DNA of 63,515 nucleotides, filler included, from Octopus bimaculoides (taxonomy: Eukaryota), in the NCBI RefSeq assembly GCF_001194135.2. It is 7 parts of 7 records of this genome, joined end to end, with 100 filler letters (N's around TTAATTAATTAA, not from the genome) between each part and the next. Parts side by side here need not be neighbours in the genome. Positions count along the whole stretch, not along the records: positions 53,520 to 62,191 come from NC_069002.1; positions 62,292 to 63,515 come from NC_068987.1; 5 more parts are not named here. One strand, 5' to 3'. Positions 53,583 to 63,515 of this stretch are shown here, in pieces; the stretch's first letter is position 1, and every line of letters starts with the position of its first letter. The notes beneath the pieces were generated by a model, which worked only from the letters and a program-made list of their open reading frames with translations, did not search any database and was not told the DNA's origin. Made by a program: the position numbers and the translations under genes.

Positions 53583-54214
53583 TGTATACATATACACATA
53601 GATAGACAGACAGATAGATAGACAGATAGATAAATAGACAGATAGATAGATAATAGATAGACAGATAAATGGATAGATAGATAATAGATAGAGAGATAAA
53701 TAGATATGTATTGCAATTATATCTGATCTCCGATAGCTTATTACTCACCATATACATATAAATACACACACTCACAAAGTGCCCGCACGCACACACACAC
53801 ACACACATAATTTTAGATGAATCTTTTCAAGACAGAACGTTCAGTATCGCGTTCATTTTCTGTTATTTCCTTCGTTTTCTATACAGACGTCTTTATTCCT
53901 TATCTATAGAAATATATTATTAGAAAACGTATAGAATTGCATTATTACATGTATCAATATAATTCCATTGCAGAAAATTACACATTTTTGCGAGTAGATT
54001 CTTTTTTGTCTAGCCTTTTGTCTTGTTGTTGTTCGGCAAACTCATACGTTTCGTTTCACTCTCTTACCTGTCCTCTCTTCCTTTCTATCGCTTACTCTCT
54101 CTCTATCACTTTCTTTTTCTACCCTTCGCTCATTCTGTGTCTTTTTCGTTATCGCTACTCTTTATCTTTTTCTTTCCGTCTCCTTCACTCTTTTCCTCAC
54201 TCTGACCCTTTCAT

Positions 54215-54315
<101 letters not shown>

Positions 54316-54779
54316 TTTTACAGATTGTATAAAACGCCAGCCATTTCACGAATTCATAAAAATAAAACGCTGAAGGAATGTAATGTGTAATTGATCAGAT
54401 TGAAAAATATAAATTTAATTTTGATTTATCCAGATTTTCAATTTCTAATTAAATACCATAACGTAATTGTTTGATAAGTCTTCGCATGGTGCACATGCTT
54501 CCATCTCTACATTCAATGCTGGTACCATCGGTCAATCAGTTACTTATCTAGGCAGGTAATCAACTAACAATCTGGCCAACCAATAAACAATCGATTATCG
54601 ATCCAGTTAAACAGTGAATCAAACAATAAATCAATGATCCAAACAACCAATCGCGTAAGAAAAAAAAATCCAACAATCACATATCCAAACCTCATTCAAC
54701 CAATTGATGTATCAATCAATTAACTATCCAGCCAATCAACTAAACAATCACTCAAGCACCCAGTCATTCAGTGAATCAA

Positions 54780-55430
54780 TCCAACGAACTAAACAATCAA
54801 CATATCTTTCAATTGACATCTTTGTCGAACAGCTGTTGACGTGTATAGGACGGATCCGGTTATGAGCCGAGTCCATCGTGAAGACGACCCCCCCCCCCCN
54901 NNNNNNNNNNNNNNNNNNNNNNNNNNNNNNNNCCCCGCTACCTTCTTTTCTCCAGGAAGGGAAAGTAGTTTTCCTCCATTTGGTGGCTATGGCGAAGGAA
55001 GTAGTGTTATGGACAAGGTTGAAGGACTGAAGACAGATACGTTCCTCTTCTGATGCACCGTCATAAACTTTTTTCAAATTCTACTTGAAAAGGAAAATCA
55101 GGGATGAGAGGGAAGTACCACCAGTAATTAAAATTTTTTTTGTAGAAAAGTGAGTGAATGTGACGAGGATGGCCCGCGTGATTGGGCCTACTTTGAAGAC
55201 ATGCGTGTATGCCGGAGGAGGAGATCAGAAGAAGAGAGGCACCTGCTAAGGCTCTTCTGGCGGTCGGGGTAGCCAGGATGTGTGCGGTTCTCGGTGGTCC
55301 TTGGGTTGAACACCCTTTCCGGAATTTTATTGTTGATTTTTGTGTTTCACTGTTCTTGTTTCAATTTTAAACGCGAATTTTTGCGCTAAATTCCATTTGT
55401 CCCTTTTTGCTTTGTGTTCGAGGTAAAACA
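54780..55430 (+). mobile_element. L1/Tx1-like LINE 3' end
   Basis: INFFKFYLKRKIR...ARVIGPTL-type C-terminus. 54820-54890 resembles the reverse complement of 38490-38570. Confidence 0.5.
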
Positions 55431-55759
55431 TACTAAGCCCAGTATACCCACCATGCCTACATGTCTGATAAGGATACACCAGGCACATGTATCAAAACTA
55501 TATGTGCGCAACACGGTGATCTCATATTAAGATAAACAGTGCATGACTTTGCAAGTGGGCCCTGCTGGAATTTTCTTCAGGTCGAGTAGCCCATCCCGCT
55601 CAAAAGATCCCTGAATAAGGTTTGCTTAAGGATGCTGAACGAAGCACCCATGTTTCCAGAAGTGAATTGGCCAAACCCCAAATAATTCCTCTCAACACAT
55701 GGCTATGATACTCCCCCATTACATCTGTTCGTGATTAGAGATGCACATATCTTCAGTCA

Positions 55760-56725
55760 CTGAGGGACAGTGGCTCTTCGGCGTTTCTAGCAAACGGCTT
55801 CAAATGGTCCATATAAAACAGATGATTTATTGTCGTATCATAAACTTTGAAACTACACCTGGTTTTATTCAATCCGTTTGAGAGTGGAATCAGTGCCATG
55901 CAAAAGAGTAATGGGGAAAGAGAGTCACCTTGAAAGATGACTCGTTTGATGTTGATGTTCTTAGATTGACTCATCGCATTACTATGGTCTTGAAGGAAAC
56001 GTGTGTTCTACTTAGCCATGCAACTTTGTAAGAATTTGGAGGTGACAGGAGAGATCTTATATATCTCAAGGCCCTTCAGTAGCCAATTATGTAGGACACT
56101 ATCAAACGCTTTTTTGTCTACAAGAACTTCTCTGCAATCGTTTTAATTATGAGTAATTGATCTTTGCACCCTTTTACAGACTTTTTCAGTTTGTAAAAGG
56201 ATAGACTTCCGTTAAAGGAAAGCGTATGTTCTTTCAGTTAGTATGGATGTGAGGACCTTGTAGGTGGTGTTGAGACGTTATTTGTCGGCAATTCTTTGGA
56301 TTTTTATGTCTTCATTTTTTGGTAGAAGATATGTTATTCCTTCAGTCAGTAAGGCAAGTATTTACTCTGTGTTCGGAATGACATCAGTTAAAGATGCAGT
56401 GAAATTTTCGTGTACCTCTGTCAAACAATTCAGCAAGAAGTTAGGAATCTGGTCCACTCCTAGGGTTTTCCATTTGTGAGACTTCCTAACAACACATCTT
56501 AGCTCTTCTACTCTTATTGCCTCCCATTTCGGCTCTTCAGCTTCATCCAGTCTCACTTTCTCACGCTCTATCCAGTCAGCTTCAGTATTATATTCTTGTT
56601 TTGTTGCTCCATATCTTCTTCCAGAACTCTTCCAGTTCCTCAGTCTCACGTGACTCCTTTACTTCTATCTTTCTTTTGCTAATTTCCCTATAATTTATTT
56701 TTGCATCCATCATGAATACCTTGTT
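55760..56725 (-). mobile_element. R4/Dong-like LINE RT fragment
   Basis: QQNKVF, EEFWKKIW, KSHKWKTLGVDQIPNF, YKKAFDSV-like, KRVIFQGDSLSPLLFCMALIPLS and INHLFYMDHLK. Its 5' side abuts (AGT)n(AAT)n. Confidence 0.85.
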
Positions 56726-56764
56726 TTGTTGATAAATTTTGACGCTTTTATTATACCCTTTTAT

Positions 56765-56772
56765 CATTACTT

Positions 56773-56830
<58 letters not shown>

Positions 56831-56846
56831 GCTGCTGCTGCCGCTG

Positions 56847-56900
<54 letters not shown>

Positions 56901-56913
56901 TTACCACTATCAA

Positions 56914-56992
<79 letters not shown>
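56765..56992. repeat. Compound (ACT)n/(ATT)n microsatellite, representative of dozens of (AT)n, (AC)n, (AG)n, (ATAC)n, (AAT)n, (AAC)n and (ATC)n arrays across the window
   Basis: Directly visible. Most N gaps are bordered by such arrays. Confidence 0.95.
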
Positions 56993-56993
<1 letters not shown>

Positions 56994-57411
56994 GTCAAGG
57001 CGAAGAGTGCGATTTTAGATGTTTTATTTTTTGAACAACATTTCGACAGAACGTCTGTCTTTCTCAAGTTCAAACCAAAAGGTGATTGAAANNNNNNNNN
57101 NNNNNNNNNNNNNNNNNNNNNNNNNNNNNNNNNNNNNNNNNNNNNNNNNNNNNNNNNNNNNNNNNNNNNNNNNNNNNNNNNNNNNNNNNNNNNNNNNNNN
57201 NNNNNNNNNNNNNNNNNNNNNNNNNNNNNNNNNNNNNNNNNNNNNNNNNNNNNNNTATGGACGCTGGTTACTCACGTTCATAGATTACGTTTGGTTTCTG
57301 AAATTTTGAATTTTCAATCACCTTTTGGTTTGAACTTGAGAAAGACAGACGTTCTGTCGAAATGTTGTTCAAAAAATAAAACATCTAAAATCGCACTCTT
57401 CGTCTTGACTA
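56992..57411. repeat. ~100-bp inverted repeat pair flanking a gap
   Basis: 56992-57091 versus the reverse complement of 57312-57411: one mismatch by eye (caaggcg vs caagacg). Confidence 0.85.
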
Positions 57412-57447
57412 TTTACCTTCGTGAAGAGTTACGTCAATCCTTTTTTA

Positions 57448-57516
<69 letters not shown>

Positions 57517-58221
57517 GGCTGTCAGTCTGTGAAGTCATAGATGTTGGACTTCCGTCATTTGTAAATGTTTCATCAAGCATTTCGTCGGGTTGCAGCCCGT
57601 TTATTCAAAATTTTATTTAACAAGTATTTAGCTTACATTGTCTGGATCGAGGTGGTAACATTTTGTGTAACTGCACCCCCTTTTTATGGGTGTAATTATT
57701 GTTTTGCATTATTGCATTTTTTGTGAACGCAATATGGGATTATTGCTGCTATATGCAGTAGTGAGCAAGAAACCAGGGAAATGGCTATTATAACTTACAC
57801 GTTCGAGGCTCTTGTAATGATTCCCCATTATATGGGTAAAAGGTTGGCTCGAGATCGAGTCAAGAACGTAGCCCATCCCCCTTAAAAGTTACCTGAATGA
57901 GGTTTACTTAAGGATGTTGAACGAAGCACCCATGTTTCCAGAAGTGAATTAGCCAAACCCCAAACAATTCCTCACAACACATGGCTATGATGCTCCCCCA
58001 CTACTTTTGTTCGTGATCAGAGATGCGCATATCATCAGTCACTAAGGGACATGCTCAGCTGGTTAGGGTCGAGCAACTGACAAGCAAATCTGTGGTATTG
58101 AACAGAATATTTGGTGTAACCCATCTTTTATACAATGACAAAACATTGTACATGATAACACTTCCAATCAATTAAGATCAGAAGCCACGAGAGCCACTGC
58201 CTGGTACTGCATCCGGGCATC

Positions 58222-58303
<82 letters not shown>

Positions 58304-58325
58304 CATTATTATTATTATTGTTATG

Positions 58326-58409
<84 letters not shown>

Positions 58410-58502
58410 TAGTTTTGTTTTTATAGCCTGCTTTCACTTCACTACCTGAAAATTTCTGTTGCTGCTGCTGTCTCCATCTTTTGTTTCTTTTGTCATGAAC
58501 AG

Positions 58503-58635
58503 ACATCTGGAACGGAATTCCGGAAAAATTGTTAAAACACGATATTTTATTTCCTGAAAGTTTCTTTCCCTCTGACCATTCTCTCCCAGTTCACTTTGTG
58601 GTGGAAAAAGACAAGTTGCAACTTTTACAAAAGGA
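58503..58635 (+). CDS. Candidate orphan exon (IWNGIPEKLLKHDILFPESFFPSDHSLPVHFVVEKDKLQLLQKE)
   Basis: Pyrimidine-rich acceptor ...gaacAG, 43 open codons, then either donor GA|GTGAGA or the immediate TGA stop. Confidence 0.3.
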
Positions 58636-59571
58636 GTGAGATGTATTTTGTCAGTCGCGCAACGGTATAGGACTGCGGAATCCACATTTATTCTGGCATA
58701 ATTAAACCGGTGAGGGGTGGTAACTAGTGACTGGTCTCTTAATTGTCTTAGAAGGAGAAAACTCAAACTTGAATGTAAAAACGTACAATCAAGAGAAATA
58801 ATCCGGAATTAGAATTGTATGCTAATGTTGTATGGCCTATTTTTAATCATCTCAAACGTTTTTGGAACCCCCAGGTGTATTGTCAATGTTGTCATTGTAA
58901 GCAAAAAAATATGTTTATGATTACAATTAACCTCAACTTTGTTGTATATTCTTTGGGGTGTCGATAAAATAAAGTACAAGTCAAACAATGTGGTCGATGT
59001 AATACGCTAACCTCCCCGTTCCAACTTCACGCTTTCTGCCTACGCGAATGACAGTTTAAGCGGAATGGATTAGCATTTGAATGTTCCACAGAAATGCGAA
59101 ACGAGGGAGAAACATATACATACATACAAACATACATACATACATACATGCATACATACAAACATACATGCATGCATACATGCCTGCCTGCGCGTATGCA
59201 TGTATATAATGTGTATATATATATATATACATTCATACACACATCAATACATATATACGTACATACACACTGACATACATATGCATGTATGTATGTATAT
59301 ATGTATGTATGTATGTATATATGTATGTGCATGTCTTCACATTCACATTTCTATGGAAGGTAGAAGAAAATTTTGTCAACTCGGAAAATATCTGTGTATG
59401 ACGTCAGACACAATGGACTTGAAATGTCAGGTTGATTTGAAAATAATGTAGTTGCTGTTGTCGTTGTAGCTGTTACCTTTGTGTGTGCCACATTCTCGTA
59501 TTCATTATACATACTTTCAACTACAAAAACACACACTCATATGATTGCAACCTTTCCTGAACACACACACA

Positions 59572-59609
<38 letters not shown>

Positions 59610-61778
59610 TATATANNNNNNNNNNNNNNNNNNNNNNNNNNNNNNNNNNNNNNNNNNNNNNNNNNNNNNNNNNNNNNNNNNNNNNNNNNNNNNNNNNNNN
59701 NNNNNNNNNNNNNNNNNNNNNNNNNNNNNNNNNNNNNNNNNNNNNNNNNNNNNNNNNNNNNNNNNNNNNNNNNNNNNNNNNNNNNNNNNNNNNNNNNNNN
59801 NNNNNNNNNNNNNNNNNNNNNNNNNNNNNNNNNNNNNNNNNNNNNNNNNNNNNNNNNNNNNNNNNNNNNNNNNNNNNNNNNNNNNNNNNNNNNNNNNNNN
59901 NNNNNNNNNNNNNNNNNNNNNNNNNNNNNNNNNNNNNNNNNNNNNNNNNNNNNNNNNNNNNNNNNNNNNNNNNNNNNNNNNNNNNNNNNNNNNNNNNNNN
60001 NNNNNNNNNNNNNNNNNNNNNNNNNNNNNNNNNNNNNNNNNNNNNNNNNNNNNNNNNNNNNNNNNNNNNNNNNNNNNNNNNNNNNNNNNNNNNNNNNNNN
60101 NNNNNNNNNNNNNNNNNNNNNNNNNNNNNNNNNNNNNNNNNNNNNNNNNNNNNNNNNNNNNNNNNNNNNNNNNNNNNNNNNNNNNNNNNNNNNNNNNNNN
60201 NNNNNNNNNNNNNNNNNNNNNNNNNNNNNNNNNNNNNNNNNNNNNNNNNNNNNNNNNNNNNNNNNNNNNNNNNNNNNNNNNNNNNNNNNNNNNNNNNNNN
60301 NNNNNNNNNNNNNNNNNNNNNNNNNNNNNNNNNNNNNNNNNNNNNNNNNNNNNNNNNNNNNNNNNNNNNNNNNNNNNNNNNNNNNNNNNNNNNNNNNNNN
60401 NNNNNNNNNNNNNNNNNNNNNNNNNNNNNNNNNNNNNNNNNNNNNNNNNNNNNNNNNNNNNNNNNNNNNNNNNNNNNNNNNNNNNNNNNNNNNNNNNNNN
60501 NNNNNNNNNNNNNNNNNNNNNNNNNNNNNNNNNNNNNNNNNNNNNNNNNNNNNNNNNNNNNNNNNNNNNNNNNNNNNNNNNNNNNNNNNNNNNNNNNNNN
60601 NNNNNNNNTATATACACACACATATATATATATATTTTCATTTTGAGAAAAGTTTTTAACCTTCCGCGTGTTGTTGTTGCTATTGTTTTTAATGTCTGAA
60701 TAATCATTGAAGGTTTTTTTTGTGGTTTTTTAAAAAAATGTTTTACATGTTATTTTTTTATATCTGTCGATAGTATTTTTCGCTTCACTTCACTTTTGTT
60801 GTTATTGTTGTTATTAGATAATGTTGACAGTGTTGCTCTTTTTGTTGTTGTATGCAATGTGGTGTTTGTTGTTGTTTTTGTGAGAAGTGGTTGTATTCTT
60901 TGTTGTTGTTGTTGGTAGTGGTGGTGGTCGTATTTGTGGTAGTGTTGTTGTTGTTGTTGTTGTTGATGGTGGTAATGTTTTTTCGGTGTTGTTCTGATGC
61001 AGTTACTCTTGTTTTTAATGTGCTGTGTTTCTTCATATTGATAACGTTGCTGCTCTGTTGATGGTGGTGGCGGAGGTACAACCCTTGTGCTTTCGTTGTT
61101 TTTGACATTATTGTTGCCAAGGAGGCGATCTAGCAGAGGCGTTAGGACGCTGGACAAAATGCGTCAACACATTTTCCCGTTTTACATGGTGAGTTCCAAC
61201 TCTACCGGGGTTGATTTTTGCACTTCATCCTTTCTGAGTCCTATGAAATAAATACCAGTCGAACATTGGGATCGATTCAATCGATTATTCTCCTCTCCAA
61301 AATCTCAGGCCTTGTACCTGTATTAGAAAAGGAGTATTATTATTATTGAGTGAGAAAGCAGTGCATGCCATCAAAGTGACACTGGGGTAAAATATACGAA
61401 GCCTCGGTATACCCATCATGACTACCCGTCTGATAAGACTACACTAGGCACATTCATCACAACCACATGGTGATATAATATCAAGATAAACAGCACATGA
61501 TCTGGCGGGTGGGGCCCAGTTAGAATCTTCTTCAGGCTGAGTAGCCCATACTGCTCAAATGGGCTCTGAATAAAGGTTGTTTATGGATATTGAGCGAAAC
61601 ACCCATGGTTCCAAAGGTAAATTATCAAAACTTCAAAGAATTCCTCTCAACACATGACTATGATGTTCCCCCACTACCTCTGCTCGTGATCAGAAATGCA
61701 CATATTGCCAGCCACTAAGTGACTGGTTAAGGTCAAACAACTGACAAGCAAATCTCTGGTACTGAGAAGAATATTTGC

Positions 61779-61991
61779 TTTATTTACATTATTTACATTT
61801 GACGGATATTTATCCTCATCTTGTTTGTCGTTAAGACAACGTTTCGGCTGATATACCCTCCAGACTTCATCAGGTGTCATGGGGCAAGCCGAAACGTTGT
61901 GTTAACAGCAAAAAAGACGAGGACGAATACCCGTCAAATGTAAATAATATGAATAATGTACATGATTTCTCATCTCTTAAATATAGAACAA
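61779..61991. mobile_element. Foldback element inserted in a family-Y copy
   Basis: Inverted arms at about 61790-61849 and 61887-61946. The direct repeat aatatttgc occurs at 61770-61778 and 61992-62000. Confidence 0.75.
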
Positions 61992-62126
61992 AATATTTGC
62001 TGTAGCCCATCTTTTATACCAAGACAAAACATGTACATGATAACATTTTCAGTTAGTTAAAATGAGAAGCCATGAGAGCCACTGCCTGGTACTGCATCCA
62101 GGCATTTATTATTATTGTTATTGTTA

Positions 62127-62191
<65 letters not shown>

Positions 62192-62289
62192 NNNNNNNNN
62201 NNNNNNNNNNNNNNNNNNNNNNNNNNNNNNNNNNNTTAATTAATTAANNNNNNNNNNNNNNNNNNNNNNNNNNNNNNNNNNNNNNNNNN

Positions 62290-62470
62290 NNTCACTTGAC
62301 AACCAATGCTGGTGTGTTTATGTCTCCGTAACTCGCGTTTCAGCAAAAGAGACTGATAGAATAAGTACTAAGCTTACAAAGAATAAGTCCTGGGGCCAAT
62401 TTGCTTGACTAAAGGCGGTGCTCCAGCATGGCCGCAGTCAAATGACTGAAGCAAGTAAAAGAGTAACACA
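62290..62470 (+). repeat. SINE family 3 3' portion (...gactaaaggcggtgctccagcatggccgcagtc...tgactgaa.caagtaaaaga)
   Basis: Related copies at about 1210-1255(-), 3270-3325(-), 10575-10635, 17325-17365(-), 34300-34505 and 53200-53390(-). Confidence 0.7.
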
Positions 62471-62972
62471 ATAAAAGAATACATACATACATACATACAT
62501 ACATACATACATACATACATTGGGATTTTCAGAAATAGAAATAGACCGGCTTAATTCGTACATCACAAGTGCAATCTGTGAGTGAAACAGTAAAAATATG
62601 CAAGACTTTTCTCTAGTTCCAAGTGTGAATTTGTCTGTGTTAGCTACATCCCAAAGATGGAGCTTTGTATCTTTATTGGAAACCGGTTCCCTCCTCTGTG
62701 AAAGATGTTGAATCAATAAAACGTGTCAGGTGAAACAAATAAATATAAACAATATAAACAAAAGTTGGATATCCAAATCTTTAAATGTGTTTGCAATGGT
62801 GCATACGCTTAAATGAATCAACGTTTGAAATCTAGGTATTATGTATAACATTATTATAGATTTATTCCTTTATATCCTAAAACCATTGGCTAAGTACCTA
62901 TTCATAATAAATCTTAATTGCTATGAAATATTCTTGTTGTTTTTCTTTGTCTTTTTCTTTGATCTGTATCAG

Positions 62973-63063
62973 AAAACGCCAGGATCAGTCTATCAAATTT
63001 CCAGAGGCATGCAACGAGTCATCATGGTCATATGCTAATTCCGCATTTTCTGGAGAAGCAAAT
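62973..63063 (+). CDS. Candidate orphan exon
   Basis: Strong acceptor (tttttctttgtctttttctttgatctgtatcAG) and donor AAT|GTAAGT. Two frames are open. Protein not recognised. Confidence 0.4.
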
Positions 63064-63515
63064 GTAAGTATGTTTTTATATATTGTATTAAAAAATCCAG
63101 TGACTAACTGTGACTCAACGCATAGCAAAAGGATTAATTATATGTTTCCAAGCTCGATTTCACACATTGTGTGAGGGGAGGTGCTATGTCTGAATATATG
63201 TGTATGTACACACACACAAGCACAAACACACACACGTGGACACATACATATTCATACATACTAGTTGAGGGCGTGGCTGTGTTTGAGAAGCTTGCTTACC
63301 AACCATGTGGTATCGCGTTCAGTCTTGAGTAAGTGCTTTCTACTATAGCCTCGAGCTGACTACAGCTTTGTAACTTGTGCTGTGCGTGGATTTGGTTGAC
63401 GGTAACCCATTGTACAAGTACGTGTGTGTGTATGTGCGCGCAAGCGCACGCGTATGTGCATATATATGTATGTATGTGTGTGTGTGTATATATATTTTTT
63501 TTTTTTTTTTTTTTT

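Noticed and set aside
54540-54790. Degenerate aatcaac/aaacaatc tandem-like stretch
   Set aside because: Low-complexity decayed tetranucleotide repeat with no fixed unit.
60750-61157. Gln/His/Thr-rich ORFs on the minus strand
   Set aside because: They are translations of degenerate (GTT)n/(GGT)n repeats running into a SINE.
62085-62103. cctggtactgca in family Y resembling the U2 snRNA 3' stem (CCTGGTATTGCA)
   Set aside because: The match is only about 12 nt and no other U2 segments or Sm site are apparent, so it is likely chance.
62533-62577. Possible 45-nt plus-strand exon (IEIDRLNSYITSAI)
   Set aside because: Splicing it to 62973 creates TAA, and joining it after 58635 gives an early stop. 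The acceptor tract is weak.

Overview
This is an AT-rich, microsatellite-dense eukaryotic scaffold from a gappy short-read assembly. The repeat families look like those of Octopus (inferred from sequence recognition, not a database search). One host gene is confidently identifiable: holocarboxylase synthetase / biotin-protein ligase (HLCS) on the minus strand, with two coding exons at 48083-47514 and 44755-44573, canonical splice sites and matching phase. I could not find its catalytic C-terminal exons in the remaining 44 kb. The rest is mostly decayed mobile DNA: R4/Dong-like LINE fragments next to (AAT)n arrays, a Penelope-like RT/GIY-YIG remnant, L1/Tx1-like, RTE and CR1/L2-like fragments, Tc1/mariner derivatives and several SINE families. 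Six identical 100-bp N44-TTAATTAATTAA-N44 linkers are assembly artefacts, and most long ORFs in the supplied track are N or microsatellite artefacts. The best leads are: (i) an apparent CpG-decay domain that coincides with HLCS and ends at linkers, (ii) an (AAT)n insertion hotspot with a twice-repeated module order and a co-oriented ~570-bp non-coding element, (iii) two foldback elements with hammerhead-like cores, and (iv) a few orphan exon candidates on the plus strand. I see no solid evidence for a wholly new biological system. Repeat boundaries are approximate unless a junction is quoted.
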